Positions 27,134 through 41,339 of a stretch of 64,000 nucleotides of DNA are shown in pieces. Positions within the stretch are counted from its first letter, which is position 1. Every line of letters begins with the position of its first letter. The notes under the pieces were generated by a model. The model did no database searches. It was not told the DNA's origin and saw only the letters and a program-made list of their open reading frames with translations. Source of the DNA: Octopus vulgaris (Eukaryota). Both the position numbers and the translations under genes were made by a program. The stretch is taken from NCBI GenBank assembly GCA_951406725.2, contig OX597814.1, positions 123,814,001 through 123,878,000 on the forward strand, in the 5' to 3' direction.

Positions 27134-27421
27134 AACAATTGCAGCATGGAAGGTGTTTATAAGCCATTTAAAAACACACAAAAACTGTTAGATTCACTTC
27201 AACATTTAAATTTAATTTGCCAAAATATTTTCGTTGCTTTGAGACTGCGACCTGTTCACTGACGAAATCCCATGCTGCAGCACGGAATTTTGTCAGTGAA
27301 CAGGTCGCGGTCTCAAAGCAACGAAAATATTTTGGCAAATTAAATTTAAATGTTGAAGTGAATCTAACGGTTTTTGTGTGTTTTTAAATGGCTTATAATC
27401 ACCTTCCATGATGCAACTGTT
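27134..27421. repeat. Spacer-less palindrome with 144-bp arms carrying two divergent HHR-like motifs
   Basis: Axis at TGCTG|CAGCA (27277/27278); arms complementary with few mismatches. Confidence 0.92.
27289..27339 (+). ncRNA. Hammerhead-like motif with G3:C8 core swap (mirror copy 27216-27266, minus strand)
   Basis: TTTGTCA-GTGAACA-G-GTCGC-loop-GCAAC-GAA-AATATT-T-TGGCAAA. Confidence 0.55.
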
Positions 27422-27431
27422 TTCAGTACAA

Positions 27432-27473
<42 letters not shown>

Positions 27474-28031
27474 TAGATGTCTAAGCAGTGGACATCTACA
27501 CATTAATTCTATAAGACAATGCTAACAGTGTATCTAATTATAATTTACACTCAGTTATGAATGCATACATACATACACATATATACATATATGCATACAT
27601 ATGTATATATATGTATATACATGTATATATATTTATATAGATATGCACACACACACACATATATATATATATATCTATATACATACACACACATATATTT
27701 ATGTATATATATATATTTATATATGTATATATTTATACATGTGTATATATATTTTATTTAGAGATAGTCCCCTTCATCCCACCATATAAAAGAATTTTAA
27801 TTTAATTTAATACTTACTACTCATATCTCAGCTATGCGTGTTTCTTGAGGTTCTTTTACGGTTCCTTAAGTACGCAGTGTTTTACAGGGACCTTTCTTAA
27901 AATGTAACCCCAATCATCAGGCCTCTAAATAACTTTATCATAGTTCCATACCAAATACTATATTTTAATTTTGAAACTGGGAAACCAGGCCCATGAGCTT
28001 GGCTAGGCTTTAAAAAAGGGCGCATTTATTT

Positions 28032-28062
<31 letters not shown>

Positions 28063-28092
28063 GTCTTCATATATATATTTATATATGTATGT

Positions 28093-28132
<40 letters not shown>

Positions 28133-28514
28133 TTAGCAATACTAAATCTCTGAGAGAGATGTAAACAGTAGTAGCATGACGTTGTGAAGTATATTTGCCA
28201 CCAAAATGTGGCTGACCCATATGGGACGATGCTACTGTAGTTTATAGCCCCAGGAAGACATCTCCTCCAGCTGGCTAATGACACACTGTCAGTGCCCGAT
28301 CAGTATTTGCGAAGGGAAATCATCATTCCTATCTCTAGCCTCACATGATACACATGGACCCGGGTTTCTGAGTAATAATCCATGATCAGTATATGACAAT
28401 CACCAACTGGGGATGAGAAGTGATTTTGAATGCAAATAAATATGCTTTTTCCAGGGACAAAAAGTCGCTGATCCCAAAAAAGGAAAAACAAGCAATAATA
28501 AATCTCTGAGTGAG

Positions 28515-28548
<34 letters not shown>

Positions 28549-28627
28549 CAGTGCATTGGACAGTGTGCTATGACCAGTGGTGTCAAATGGATGCCTGATG
28601 GACTGGTTGGTCAAGGTGATCAAGGTG

Positions 28628-28654
<27 letters not shown>

Positions 28655-28658
<4 letters not shown>

Positions 28659-28836
28659 AATTGTTGACGATTTTCTTCCTCTGTCTTCCCTTCTAATGGA
28701 CTTTACTCTGTTTCTGAAGAGGAGCATCTGCTCGAAATGTTAAACCATCTTTCTTTCCTTCCCTGAGTGTCTGCTAATACTTTGCATGTACCATGTCTTT
28801 GCATTGTTGTTTTTTGTGTTTGTTCTTTTTGGGATT

Positions 28837-28840
<4 letters not shown>
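28655..28840 (+). mobile_element. Solo Penelope pLTR with HHR at 28710-28745
   Basis: GTTT-CTGAAGA-G-GAGC-ATCT-GCTC-GAAA-TGT-T-AAAC; homologous to 51200-51380; ends at (TA)n. Confidence 0.7.
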
Positions 28841-28877
<37 letters not shown>

Positions 28878-29792
28878 TCTTTTAGCTCTTATTTTAACCT
28901 TTTACTTGTTTCAATCATTAGACTGAAGAGTTTTAGTTGAATGAATTGACCCAAGCACTTGCATTTTTACTAATTTTAGTACTTATTCTATCAATCTCTT
29001 TAGTAAACCACTAAGCTATGGGAACATAAACAAACCAACACTGGTTGTCAAGTGGTGACAAACACTGACACAAAGATACACACACATAGACATTTATATA
29101 TATAAAATGTATATATCAACATCATCGTTTAATGTCCGTTTTCCATGCTAGTATGGGCTGGACGGTTCGACCGGAGTCTTGGAAGCCAGGAGGCTGCACC
29201 AGGCTCCAGTCTGATCTGGCAGTGTTTCTACAGCTGGATGCCCTTCCTAATGCCAAGCACTCCATGAGTGTCGTGGGTGCTTTTTTACGTGCCACCGGCA
29301 CAGGGGCCAGAGGAGGCTGGCATTATATATATATCAATGACAGACTTCCAAAAGTTTCCATTTGCCAAGTTCAGTCACAAGGCATTGACCAACCCAGGGC
29401 TATCATAGAAAACATATGTATATATATATATGTATGTGTGTGTGTGTTTGTGTGTGGAGGGGTGTAGGTGTGGGTATGAATATATATATATATTTGTGTA
29501 TGCAATCAACATTAACATACTGTGTCTGTCCAGTCCAACATCTACACAATGTATCTATGCAGCCAATATCAGCAGAGTCTTTATGACTACATACTATATC
29601 TATCCAATCAATAGATGCAGATTGTGATTAACCGACCTACAAATTACATTGTGTTCCAAAACAATTGTTTTATTCACTCTTAAATAACTGAAATGAATGA
29701 ATCAAAGGAAAAATAGAACAAAAATTAAACATAAAAAAAAAAAACTACATTAATTTTTATTTTATCTTTTGTTTTTATAAAATTTCTTTCAG

Positions 29793-29900
29793 AATGAAAA
29801 AGTCTACTGCAAACTTTTGAACAGCCTAATACATCCTCTGGGGGCTTCTGATACAATCTTTGGTCTGCGACCTGGTGACTTGACAGATTATCTACGTACA
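29793..29900 (+). CDS. Candidate internal exon of an unidentified host gene (phase 0-0, 36 aa)
   Basis: Long pyrimidine tract + TTTCAG acceptor, GTATGT donor, 108 nt open: NEKVYCKLLNSLIHPLGASDTIFGLRPGDLTDYLRT. GC content is higher than the flanks. Confidence 0.5.
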
Positions 29901-30099
29901 GTATGTTATCATCTTTTATATTAACATTTTGGTCTTGTAATTTCCCATATGGCGCCAGTATTTGTATATATTAAATCAGGACAAACAATAAACAGTAATA
30001 TAAACAGGCAATAAAGAGAAATATGAAGTTGGTGCTGGTAAGGATTCAAATATCTTTCTCTATTTAATGCTTAGGCATTTACTAAACATATTTTCATAT

Positions 30100-30720
30100 A
30101 GAAAGACAATGCAGGGTTATTTCTGTTAGATTGTATAAGAAAACTAAAGTTCAGAAGTAAAACAAAGTTAATATTAAACTTTATAATGTCACACATGCTT
30201 TCCAATTTGCTTCTCATTCCCAGTTGGTGTGATCTTTACCAAACCCTCTTGCATTAAAATCTCCCAAGATGAACAACTTGTCAAGTTTCATGACAGATTT
30301 AAGAAGCAACTCAAAAATCTCCATCGCAGTTGAATTTAATATTTTCCATGTACAAAATAACTTACATTTTCACCAAAAGTGATTGTCAAGGAAAGAAAAG
30401 AACTGAATTTCGATGTTTTTCAGTTGGGTTCTTCACCATAATAAGTCTGACACTTGGTTATTTTGGTTCTTCTTCCAGCTTTTTACTGTATTATTTATAC
30501 ATTCCTTCTCTGCCTTACAATGTCTGGATCAATAAAATAATTAATTGCCCTTTTTTTCTGTGAAACTAATTTCTGCAATGCTCCTACGTCAGTCTTGTTC
30601 ATTGAAAGCACTATCCAACCAGCATCATTCTTTCAAGTCTTAGCAATTTTTTATTCCATTCCATGTTTACTGTTTTAGCCAAAATATTAGCATCTGGTCC
30701 AAGTTAGGAAGAAGCAAACT
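30100..30720 (-). mobile_element. Old RTE-clade APE endonuclease remnant
   Basis: DKLFILGDFNAR, GKDHTNWE..IGKH and DVGALQ motifs; many stops. Confidence 0.7.
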
Positions 30721-31238
30721 AGGTTTAGGGCAGAGTTTTTAGTCCTTTAACTCATTGTTGGAAATAATTAAAGTTTCTAAGCACCATCTGCACGTGGTTG
30801 ATACCAGTTTTCCCTGACTGGCTCCCTTACTGGTGGCACGTAAAAAGCACTCACTACACTTTTGAAGTGGTTGGCATTAGGAAAGGTAACCAGCTGTAGA
30901 AACCTTGTCAGATCAGACTGGGGCCTGGTGCAGCTTACTGGCTTGCCAGTCCTCAGTCAAGCCATCCAACCCATGCTAGCATGGAAAGCAGACGTTAAAC
31001 GACGACGACGATGACGGCGACGGCGACGATGACGATGACGACGACGACGACGACGATGACGACGAGAGTTGGCAAGTCACTTAGCCGCTAAATTCTGGGA
31101 TGACAACACAACCATTGACTGCCAAAATGGGACAACTGGCCATAGCTGTTTCGATGCTGGCAATTTGACACAGCTGACTGGATGTTGTTCCTGTTTGAGC
31201 AACAGTATTTTTTGGCACTGGAGGTAAATACACACATG

Positions 31239-31297
<59 letters not shown>

Positions 31298-31507
31298 GCA
31301 GACATGATGGTTAGAGGTTCAGATAGGTGCAGTGACATGGACGATAGACAAATGATTGATGAGAGGGCCAAGCAATAGAGTGGCAAAATGTGAATCTCAT
31401 ATAGCAGGGAACTTGTAGTTAAGAGCATAGAAACTCATCATCATCATCATCATCATCAACACCATCAACACCACCATCAACACCACCCACCATCACCCCA
31501 CCACCAC

Positions 31508-31539
<32 letters not shown>

Positions 31540-32121
31540 CCACCACCACCACCACCATCACCACCACCACCACCATCATCACCACCACCACCATCATCAT
31601 CACCACCATCATCATCATCATTACTACTACAACCACCACCACCACCACCACCACGATCATCACGATCATCACGATCATCACGATCATCACGATCATCATC
31701 ATCATCATCATCATCATCACTGTCACATAGCATCCATTTTCTGTACTAGCAACGGGTCGGATGGTTTGACAGGACTATGCGTCTGCTTCAGCCTGGTTTT
31801 GCTGGCTTGTTGCCCTTCCAAATGCCAACGTCAACAAAGCGACAGAGAAAAAGTAGGCTTATTGAAGGTGGAGTGAAAGAGTGATAAAAAGAAAAGCTGT
31901 GAGATCAAGAGTGAGAAGATGTAAGGAAAGTGAGGAAGAGAGAGACTGAGGAGAGATAAGTTTAGAAAGAAAGAGAGGAGGAGAAAGAAAAAAGAGAAAG
32001 AAGGCAATAGAGAAAAGATGAAAATTTGAAATAATCAGATTAGGCTAGAAATATAAATCTTAGTTTGAGGTAAATAGAGAGGAAATGGTAGTTCAACTTG
32101 TCTGATCTATCTATCTATCTG

Positions 32122-32213
<92 letters not shown>

Positions 32214-32231
32214 CATACATATATATATATA

Positions 32232-32295
<64 letters not shown>

Positions 32296-32338
32296 TACAT
32301 GCATGCACACACATATATACATGCATATGTATAGGTAC

Positions 32339-32374
<36 letters not shown>

Positions 32375-32959
32375 GCGTGTGTGTGTATATGCATATATAC
32401 ATACATCTCTCTCTCTCTCCCTATATATATATATATATGTCTGCATACACAGTCTCTGCTGAGGTTCACTCCTGGTACAACATCAAAATCACAATCTATG
32501 AAATTATAAATAATAAGTAAATTAATAAAATGATATTATCATTAAAATTATTAATAATTTCATTAATATCTGGTTCTAGACTTGTAATGTATTCCTTTTT
32601 CAGCTAATGTTCACAATTTTTATACTTATAAAAATATCCTTTAAATACATATGCACACACACAGACACACACACACACATGCACACACACATAGATATAT
32701 ACATGCACACAAACATACATATATACATAGATCACATATATACATATACATATGTATGTATGTATATATATATATATATATATATCATCATCATGTATAT
32801 TTATATTTATATATATATATATAAACACACATATGTAATATGTATATGAATAAATGTATATGTGTGTGTGTATATATATATATATATATAGATATATAAT
32901 ATGTGTAAATATATATATATATATATGTACACATATGCATATATATGTTCATGTATAAA

Positions 32960-33470
32960 TCAAATCAAGACAAATCAAAATAGATGAACATCAATGGAAT
33001 TTGTATCTTTGTGGTACCAGTGCCGGTGGCACGTGGCACACAAGAAAACCATCCGAACGTGGCCAGTACCGCATCGACTGGCCTCCGTGCTGTGGGCACG
33101 TAACAAGCACCATCCGATCGTGGCCGTTTGCCAGCCTCATCTGGCACCTGTGTCGGTGGCACATAAAAACACCATCCGAGCGTGGCCGTCTGCCAGCCTC
33201 GTCTGGCACCTGTGTCGGTGTCACATAAAAAACACCATCCGAGCGTGGCCGTTTGCCAGCCTCGTCTGGCACCTGTGTCGGTGGCACATAAAATCACCCT
33301 CTACACTCTCGGAGTGGTTGGCGTTAGGAAGGGCATCCAGCTGTAGAAACGCTGCCAGATCTGACTGGACTGGTGCAGCTTTCGGGCTCCCCAGACCCCA
33401 GTTGAACCGTCCAACCCATGCTAGCATGGAGAGCGGACGTTAAATGATGATGATGATGATGATGATGATG
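32960..33470 (+). mobile_element. RTE 3'-UTR-derived repeat with an expanded internal 58-60 bp VNTR
   Basis: About 5 units of GGCACATAAAAACACCATCCGAGCGTGGCCGTTTGCCAGCCTCGTCTGGCACCTGTGTCGGT before the conserved tail. Confidence 0.85.
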
Positions 33471-33777
33471 ATATATACATACATGTATATACACATAAAC
33501 ACCTACATAAAGAAGTAAAGGTTTATATTTTACATTTATATTTCTCACTTGAAAATTTTTAATTGCGCTTTTACAATAAAAGTAATTACACTTTTCCACA
33601 TACTAAATAAAGTTTTCTGGAGGTGTGGGCATGGCTATATTGTAACAAATATTGCTGCCTAACCACATGATTTTGTGCTCCATTTTGTATCAGGACAATT
33701 TGAGTATTTTCTTTCATTGCTCTCATCTGATAAATGTAATATGAGTGAAATTCTCAAGTAGAAACTGTATGGATACC

Positions 33778-33816
<39 letters not shown>

Positions 33817-33959
33817 CACATACGTATTTATATATGTGTGTGTATATATATATTTTATTGGGAGCTACATGTATGGACCAAAACAGTTTGATTCAAATTC
33901 GTTGGTACTCCAAGTTTCAAGCCATTTTGAATTTGGATCAAACTGTTTTGACCTTCCCT

Positions 33960-33996
<37 letters not shown>

Positions 33997-34002
33997 GGTA
34001 TT

Positions 34003-34297
34003 TGGAGGGGCAATAGCCCAGTGGTTAGGGTAGTGGAGTTGCGGTCGTAGGATCGCGGTTTTGATTCCCAGACTGGGCGTTGTGAGTGTTTATAAAGCTC
34101 AACGAGGCTCTGGGAGGGGGTGGTGGTGATCCCTGCTGTACTCTTTTGCCACAACTCTCTCTCACTCTTTCTTCTGTTGGCCTGCTCGCTTAGCCAGCGA
34201 GGTGGCGTCATCTGAAGGCAGAAACAATGTGAAGCGCATTGTGACCAGCGATGTGTAGCAACATCTGATAGCCTGGTCGGTCACAGTGATCACGGTA
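34003..34297 (+). mobile_element. tRNA-headed SINE-like repeat (fourth family)
   Basis: TAGCCCAGTGGTTAGG...GGTTTTGATTCCC A/B boxes; lies between (TA)n tracts. Confidence 0.55.
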
Positions 34298-34320
34298 ATA
34301 TATATATATATATATGTCAG

Positions 34321-34359
<39 letters not shown>

Positions 34360-34642
34360 ACCACACACATATATATATATTATATATATATGTGTATTTA
34401 TGTATGTATGCATATGTTGAATGAAGAAAAACAAGAGAAAACACAAGAGGGATATGTTTCTTGAAAGTGTTATTAGTTTAACACTTGAAAAGAAAAAGAG
34501 AAGGGTGATGGAGAAAGGAGAAGAGAAGAAAAAAGTTAGGGACCAAGTGGGAATGCAGTTCTGTGAGGAGGAGTGAAGAGAGGAAGAAAGGGGAAGTTGT
34601 ATGCATATAAAGGAGAATATCTATGCAAGGAGCTGAGCATAT

Positions 34643-34710
<68 letters not shown>

Positions 34711-35953
34711 AACAATGTGGGGTGCAGGTGGTTGACTGGGGATGAGTGGTGATGAGATGGATGAGGTTAAGTTGTGAGGGAGGTATGGAAGCAGAAAAAA
34801 TGTGGGAAACTGGAGTAAATGGTATAATTGGTGAGCCAAAAAAATTAAGGCATACATAAATAGAAGAATTGTTTCAAAGATAAAGGTGGAAAATAATAAG
34901 TGGTAAAAAATATGTCAATATTCAAAAGAAAGAGAACAGTTGAGCATGAAAGAGCATGTAAAAAGACAAGGGAATATATATAATATAAGGAATATATATA
35001 AATCATGTGATTATTGAAAAAAAGGAGAGTTGCCAAAGATAGAGATGCTTATTGAAAGGGTATAGAAAACGGACAGTAAAGAAAAACGTTATTTCACAGC
35101 AAAAAGGTACACATGCAGAGAAAAGGAGTTGTAAAATCAATAAAGTGGAACAGGAAGAATTATGGTGAAAGGCAGAGAAGATTGGAAGAGAAGGATTAAA
35201 AAATTATATGTACAACATGTGGAAATTATGGCTGAGAATTTGGTATTGGAAATGGGAGAAGTTGTAACAGGAAGAGAAAATTGTACAGAGGATATAAAAT
35301 GAAATGTTATTAAAAGAGGATGTGAATAAAAACTGTAGGGTGGAAAGTTGATTTACACAGGTTGACAGAATGGGAACAGAAGGGTTAAAAAAATATACAT
35401 GTACCATGTGGAGGAGAAGTTTGGAAGGATATTAAAAAGGATGTAAAAAGAGGGTGTGTAAAAAAAAAAAGCGTTAGTTTGTATGGATTGAGAGAAAGTG
35501 TTGAAGTCCAACAGAGATGGTAAAGTTTCCAGGAAGTAAAGGTAATCCAGTGTTGTAAGAGATAAAGGAATGATTTAATGGTCAGTTCGAGGCAAAAATA
35601 CATGTGGTATGGTGGATATTTTATGGAGCTAGAGATAGTAATGGAGTGGGAGGGCGAAACCAGAGAAGATAAAAAACAGGGTCTCAGTGCGTTAAATGTA
35701 TGTGCAAGGTGGTGGTGGTGATGGTGGTGGTAGTAGTATGTGTGCATGAATGGTCAGTAGTCAGGCATGCAGCGAGTGGCAGGTGGAAGTGAGGGTTAGT
35801 ATGGGCATAGACAAAAAGGGTAACATCAGAAGTAGTAACAACAGGAAAAAAACCAATTATATATCACCCTATCCATGCACACACACACACACACACACAC
35901 ATGTGTTTATACATGTGTTTGTGAGTATGTATATATATATGTGTATGTATATG

Positions 35954-35998
<45 letters not shown>

Positions 35999-36628
35999 GT
36001 ATATATATATTACCAATTGATTTCACACTAGGGGTTCAATGGCTTGTTATATGACAGCCCAGTTATGTAACCTTGTACTCTTCAGAGATGGCAATTATGG
36101 AATGAAATAAAGTGACAACTATCTATTGTTAAGGGTCAGACTCAAATGGCTATCTGACTAGTTGCCTATACAGCTAAGCACCTTATAGTTGTGAAACCAA
36201 TGGTCACTCTCTGACCAGCCATAACAAAACAACCTTCTAAGCATTACTACTATGTTTTAGAGTATCCTTTTTTTCTAGGATATATGAACTACCAACTGAG
36301 AGACACTCACACACACACACACACACACATCGTCGTTGTCAACATCATCATCATCATCATCATGTTCATCTATTTTTCATGCTGGCTTGTGTTGGATGGT
36401 TTGACAGAGAACTGTCTAGACGCCAATTGTCTGTTTTGGCAAGGTTTCTACAGCTGGCTGCCCTTCCTAACACCAACCACTCCGAGAGTGTAGTGGATGC
36501 TTTTTATGTGCCACCAGTATCGGAGCCAGTCAAGCAGCACTGACATTGGCCACACTCAGATGGTGCTTTTTACATGCCTGTCAAGCAGCACAATATATAT
36601 GTGTGTATTTATGTGTGTGTTTGTGTGC

Positions 36629-36699
<71 letters not shown>

Positions 36700-37964
36700 T
36701 GTGTGTGTGTGCAGGTGTTGTGTGGTAAGAAGTTTGTTTCCCAACCATATGGTTCTAGGTTCAGTTCCACTGCGTAATACCTTGGGCAAGTGTCTTTCAC
36801 TCTAGCCTCAGTTTGAGCAAAGCCTTGTGAGTGGATTTGGTAGATGGAAACTGAAATAAGCTTGTCATATATATATGTGTGTGTGTGTTTTGTGTCTGTA
36901 TTTGTTCCCTACTGCCAATTGATGACTGGTGTTGTAGTGTTTTTGTCCTCTGTAACTTAGTGGTTCAGTAAAAGAGACCAATAGAATAAGACCCAGGCTT
37001 AAAAAACAAACAGTGCCGGGGTTGATACATTTGACTAAAAATTCGTCAAGGTGGTGCTCCAGCATGGCCACAGTCTAGCGACTAAAACAAGTATACACAT
37101 AAATGAGTAAATGAATATATATATTGTTACCTGCGTTGCCTTACTGGCACTTGTGCTGGTGGCACATGAAAAAACATTCGAGTGAGGTTGTTGGCAGTGC
37201 TGCTGGACTGGCTCCTGTGCAGGTGGTACATAAAAAGCTCCATTTGAGTGTGGCCATTGTCAGTACCGCCTGACTGTCCCTCGTGCCGGTGGCACATAAA
37301 AGCACCTGCTACACACTTGGAGTGCTTGGCGTTAGGAAGGGCATCTGACTGTAGAAACTCTGCCAGATCAGATTGGAATCTGGTGCAGCCATCTGGTTCG
37401 CCAGACCTCAGTCAAATCGTCCAACCCATTCTAGCATGGAAAGCAGACGTTAAACAATGATGATGATGATGATATTATATATATATATATATATACATAT
37501 ATAAAACACAAAAAGGAATGAAGAATTATGCATTTTTAATTCATAATTTATAATCCATTAGCAAAATCATGATGGCTGTTGGATTATGTATTATAAATTA
37601 TGAATTAAAAGTAAAACAATCTCCATTCTTCTTTGTTTTAAACTGTAGATTGAATTCTTCAGAAATGAACTTTAGATTTACAAATATAATTGAAGCACAA
37701 ATTAATTGTATCAGCTACATGGTTTCCAACGATTCTTACTGGGCTTGATCTATTGTAACTTGACTAAGAGTCAAGTTATAATACAACAGTGCTGAAAAGT
37801 GCTTAAAAAGTATTTGTATGGATTTTGCTATCCCTATTCTTTTGTGTGGGTATGTGTATGGGTGTGTTTGACTGTATGAATGTGTGTGTGTGTGTGTGTG
37901 CGTGCATGTCTGTATGCGTGTATATATATATTTAAAGATAGATATATAGATATACATAAATATG

Positions 37965-38043
<79 letters not shown>

Positions 38044-38597
38044 ATAATTATTTGAGGGAATAATATTCCTAACTTACAGGAATAATATATATATATATAT
38101 ACATATTTTAAACATGTATATAGGTATACATATATGCATGTATCTATCTATTTATCTATCTGTCTATATATGTATATATACACACACACACATACACACA
38201 CGCAATACATGTTTATTGCAATGAATATCAACAATAAGAAGTGAAACTGGTTTGTTATTATGTACTTTAGAATATTTAATTATGTATTTTCATAATTATG
38301 TGCCTTGGAGTGTTAATAAAGTATTTTGAAATGATCTGATTATTGGAATGTATTTTATGTATGATAAGATATTTTGGAATATGTAATAACATATTTTGAA
38401 ATAATTTGATTGTGATAATCTGTTTTTGAATTGATATTGTATTTTGAAATGACTTGATTGTAATAATGTACTTTTGAATTCACTGCAATATAAAAGGAAC
38501 AGAACAGTTTCTTCTTTTTATTATTATTTTTCTAAATCTGATTGCTTGTGTGATATATATATATATACATATATATCTATATCTATATCTATATATA

Positions 38598-39883
38598 CTG
38601 GGTCATCCAATAAGTAATACAGTTTTTGCAATTGCATGAACTAAAAGTTGGAGGGAGATGGGATAAACTATCTGCATCAGTTTGCTATAAAAGCAGGTAG
38701 TAATTTTATCTTTTCCTTGTTCTTAGTACAAGTTTTGAAGAGTGCAGTTCGACTTTAACAATTATTTTTTCAAAGCTATAATGGAAGTGACAAAGGAGCA
38801 TATTCAGCATATTTTGTTTTCTGAGTTCAATAAAAGCAACAATACAATAGAAAGTATGAGGAATATTAATACAGTATATGGGGATTGGACAATAAGCATA
38901 AGCTCGAGTCAATGGTGGTTCCAGAAATTCTGAGCCAGAAACTACAGCCTAGAAGATGAGCCTTGTCCTGGAAGAACTGCAGAGCACAATGATGATGTCC
39001 AGCAAACTTTGAGGGAACAAAATCCTATTGTAACTATTGAAGAATTAGCAGAGAAGCTTGGATTTAGTCAGTCAACCATTCATTGACACCTGTGTGCCAT
39101 TGGAAAAGTCAGCAAATTGGGTCAGTAGGTTCCTCACAAACTTTCTGAGTCTAATTGCATGCAAAAAGTGAATGCTTGCTCTTCTTTGCTGTCACATCTC
39201 ACGAATGAACCTGTTTTAGACCAAATAGTGACTAGTGATGAGAAATAGGTTCTCTATAAAAATGTCAAGTGCTGAAGACAGTGGGTATGGAAAAGAGAAA
39301 CACTGGCACCCCAGGCTAAAGAAGGTCTTCTCTCAAGTAAGGTGTTGTTATCTGTTTGGTGGGATATGAAAGGTTTAGCCCACTTTGAACTTTTAAACCC
39401 AAACCAAACAATAACAAAGGAGATCCACTATGAGCAGCTTGAGTGGCTTAAGTCAGTGCTAGAAGAAAAACGACCATCTTTGGTTTCAAGACGAACGGTG
39501 TTCTTCTAACAAGATAATACTCAGCCACATACATCAAGGATGACATTCCAAAACTTAGAGCAGTTTGAATGGTAAACAATGCCCCACCCACCATATTCGC
39601 CAGACATTGCCCCATCTGATTATCATTTATTCTGCAGTCTTCAGAATCATTTGAACAGAAAAAATATGAATTCTGTAGACAAGGTCAGAACAGTATTGGA
39701 GGAGTAATTTTTGTCACAGACAAGTGAATTTTGGAAGAGGGGCTTTGCAAGTCTACCAGATAGATGAAAGAGCATCATAAAAAATGAAGGAGAGTATATT
39801 TTAGATTAAAAATGAACTTTGTTTATCTTAAATTTTAAAAATTAAGAAGTATAAAAAAACTGCATTTTTATGGGATGACCCAA
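38598..39883 (+). mobile_element. Full-length decayed mariner DNA transposon
   Basis: TIRs YTGGGTCATCCMATAA..AGTTTT flanked by TA; about 1.29 kb. Confidence 0.92.
38781..39809 (+). pseudogene. Mariner transposase pseudogene
   Basis: MEVTKEHIQHIL, WWFQKF, *VPHKL, IVTSDEK, HPPYSPDIAPSDYHLF; multiple stops. Confidence 0.9.
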
Positions 39884-39898
39884 TATATATATATATAT

Positions 39899-39967
<69 letters not shown>

Positions 39968-41339
39968 CTTAGCGGTTTTTTGTCTGCCGTTATGTTCTGA
40001 GTTCAAATTCTGCCAAGGTTGAGTTTGCCTTTCAACCTTTCGGGGTTGATAAATCAAGTACCAGTTGCTCACTAGGGGTCGATGTAATCGACTTAATCCC
40101 TTTGTCTGTCCTTGTTTGTCCCCTCTATGTTTAGCCCCTTGTGGGCAATAAAGAAATAAGAAGCTTGCTTACCAGCCACAAGGTTCCGGGTTCAGTCCCA
40201 CTGCGTGGCACCTTGGGCAACTGTTTTCTACTATAACCTCGGGCTGACTAAAGCCTTGTGAGTGGATCGGGTAGACGGAAATTGAAAGAAGCCTGTCATG
40301 TATATGTATATATATATATTTATATATACATGTATGTGTGTGTATATGTTTGTGTGTCTGTGTTTGTCCCCCCAACATCGCTTGACAACTGATGCTGGTG
40401 TGTTTATGTCCCTGTAACTTAGTGGTTCGGTAAAAGAGACCGATAGAACAAGTACTAGGCTCACAAAGAATAAGTCCTGGGGTTGATTTGCTCGACTAAA
40501 ATGCAGTGCTCCAGTATGGCTGCAGTCAAATGACTGAAACAAGTAAAAGAGTAACAATAAGGTGGACCATATACAGCCAGCTAGTTTAGAACAAGTTGTA
40601 TTCTAGTATTCTGCTATCACTGTTAGATGAAAGGGAAAGAACGGTGTTTGCTATGATAGGAAGCACTTTGAGATCAGGGATAGTAATGCAATATTTTGTA
40701 TGCGTTAGTGTCTGTACATTGTCTGCATTGATGTATGATGTTTGTAATACTGAAGTGCAAAGTTACAGACTGAATGGTCATGAGTTCAAATCTTATATAT
40801 ATTAATCATATTGTGTCCTAGGAATAGGTAAATAATTCTGTCATCCTCAGTATACATGACTGAAGAAAAACTATATTTCTATTTCACAGTTGGCTGGTTT
40901 GCAGTATGAAAGACATCCAAGTGTAAAAATAATTGCTCTTTCAATATGTAAATGTGTAAATCAGCAGAAAGCATTGCACCTATATTGCCATCAAAAATTG
41001 TATGTGATATAGCAATTATAAATAAAATAAAAGTAAAGCACACACACACACACATACACTCACACACACATTTATCAGAATATGTATGAGTTTGTTTCAA
41101 TTTTACATACAAGGAAAAAGAACTCAATACATGAACTAGAGAATATAAAATCTTTTATTAACTGTGAAACAGTACTGGAATCACTTAATGGCTGAGGATT
41201 TTAGGCTAAGACACTTATCAGACTGGTGATTAAGAAATAGATAATAAAAGATAATGAGCTTGTCAGTACCTTGCTATGTTACGTGACAAAGGAATTTGTA
41301 TAAGGGCCAAAATCAAGGTTTGTGATAATTGGGTGATAA

